A program made the position numbers and the translations under genes. A model generated the notes under the pieces. The model was not told the origin of the DNA. It ran no database searches and saw nothing but the letters and a program-made list of their open reading frames with translations. This document shows, in pieces, positions 63,518-64,000 of a stretch of 64,000 bases of DNA. Origin of the DNA: Azolla caroliniana (taxonomy: Eukaryota > Plantae > Polypodiophyta); NCBI GenBank assembly GCA_043228905.1, contig JBHGNT010000002.1, positions 2,294,001 through 2,358,000 on the forward strand, read 5' to 3'. How positions within the stretch are numbered: the stretch's first letter is position 1; each line of letters starts with the position of its first letter.

Positions 63518-64000
63518 TGTAAAATTACTAAGACAAATGTTATAAAACAAACTAGAATAGCAAATATGATTCTAAGGACCATCCATCAACAGCATTGTTT
63601 CCCACTTTCATTGGATACTTTGAAATCCCAAGGCGATCTACAATAAGTTAGAGCGATTAACTACAATAAGTTGTGGATCCAACCACTTCTACTCTACATC
63701 TACCAGAACAGCACCTCGCTATGTCACTGGCCTGAAAGTTTTAGCACCAAGCTCTTCTATGGTTGCTATTAGAAGAGAATTCAGAGCCTTGATGGTCTAT
63801 TAAATCAGTCTACTGAAATGTCCTTACATAAGCTCTTCAAAAACCAACAAAAGATTGTACTATATTCCAAATATTTGAGAAAGAAAAAGCTCAAGAAAGT
63901 CAAAAAAACAATGAACAAAGCCTTTGAAAAGCTGAGAACAATGATTATTGTGTCCCTGCTTGCATGAGTAAGCTCTGATTTGCAGTCTTACATTCTAATA

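Overview
Eukaryotic land-plant nuclear DNA, probably from a non-seed plant (inferred from PLS-type PPR relics and the TE families present). It is not prokaryotic and has no CRISPR array. The first ~31 kb is a stack of nested retrotransposons. At 1-6.8 kb there are five related tRNA-Trp-primed Ty3/Gypsy copies inserted into one another. At 7.2-15.1 kb a degenerate Gypsy is interrupted by a gag-only LTR element, which itself carries a Copia-type solo LTR. At 16012-20848 there is an intact, very young 4.8-kb Gypsy with identical 260-bp LTRs and a 4-bp ATAT TSD. At 23366-29893 a full-length L1-clade LINE sits inside an older LINE. The only complete host gene is a 4-exon ICE1/SCREAM-type bHLH-ACT transcription factor (41730-45880). 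Its first two introns are largely filled by tandem arrays built from the introns' own 3'-splice regions, and one array unit keeps an intact decoy acceptor. Further right are degenerate Gypsy debris, two adjacent hAT-type MITEs with 8-bp TSDs and a 5'-truncated LINE. The last two exons of a ZFWD-like WD40 gene follow, with the stop codon supplied by a telomeric (CCCTAAA)n tract. All calls come from reading the sequence; no database searches were run.
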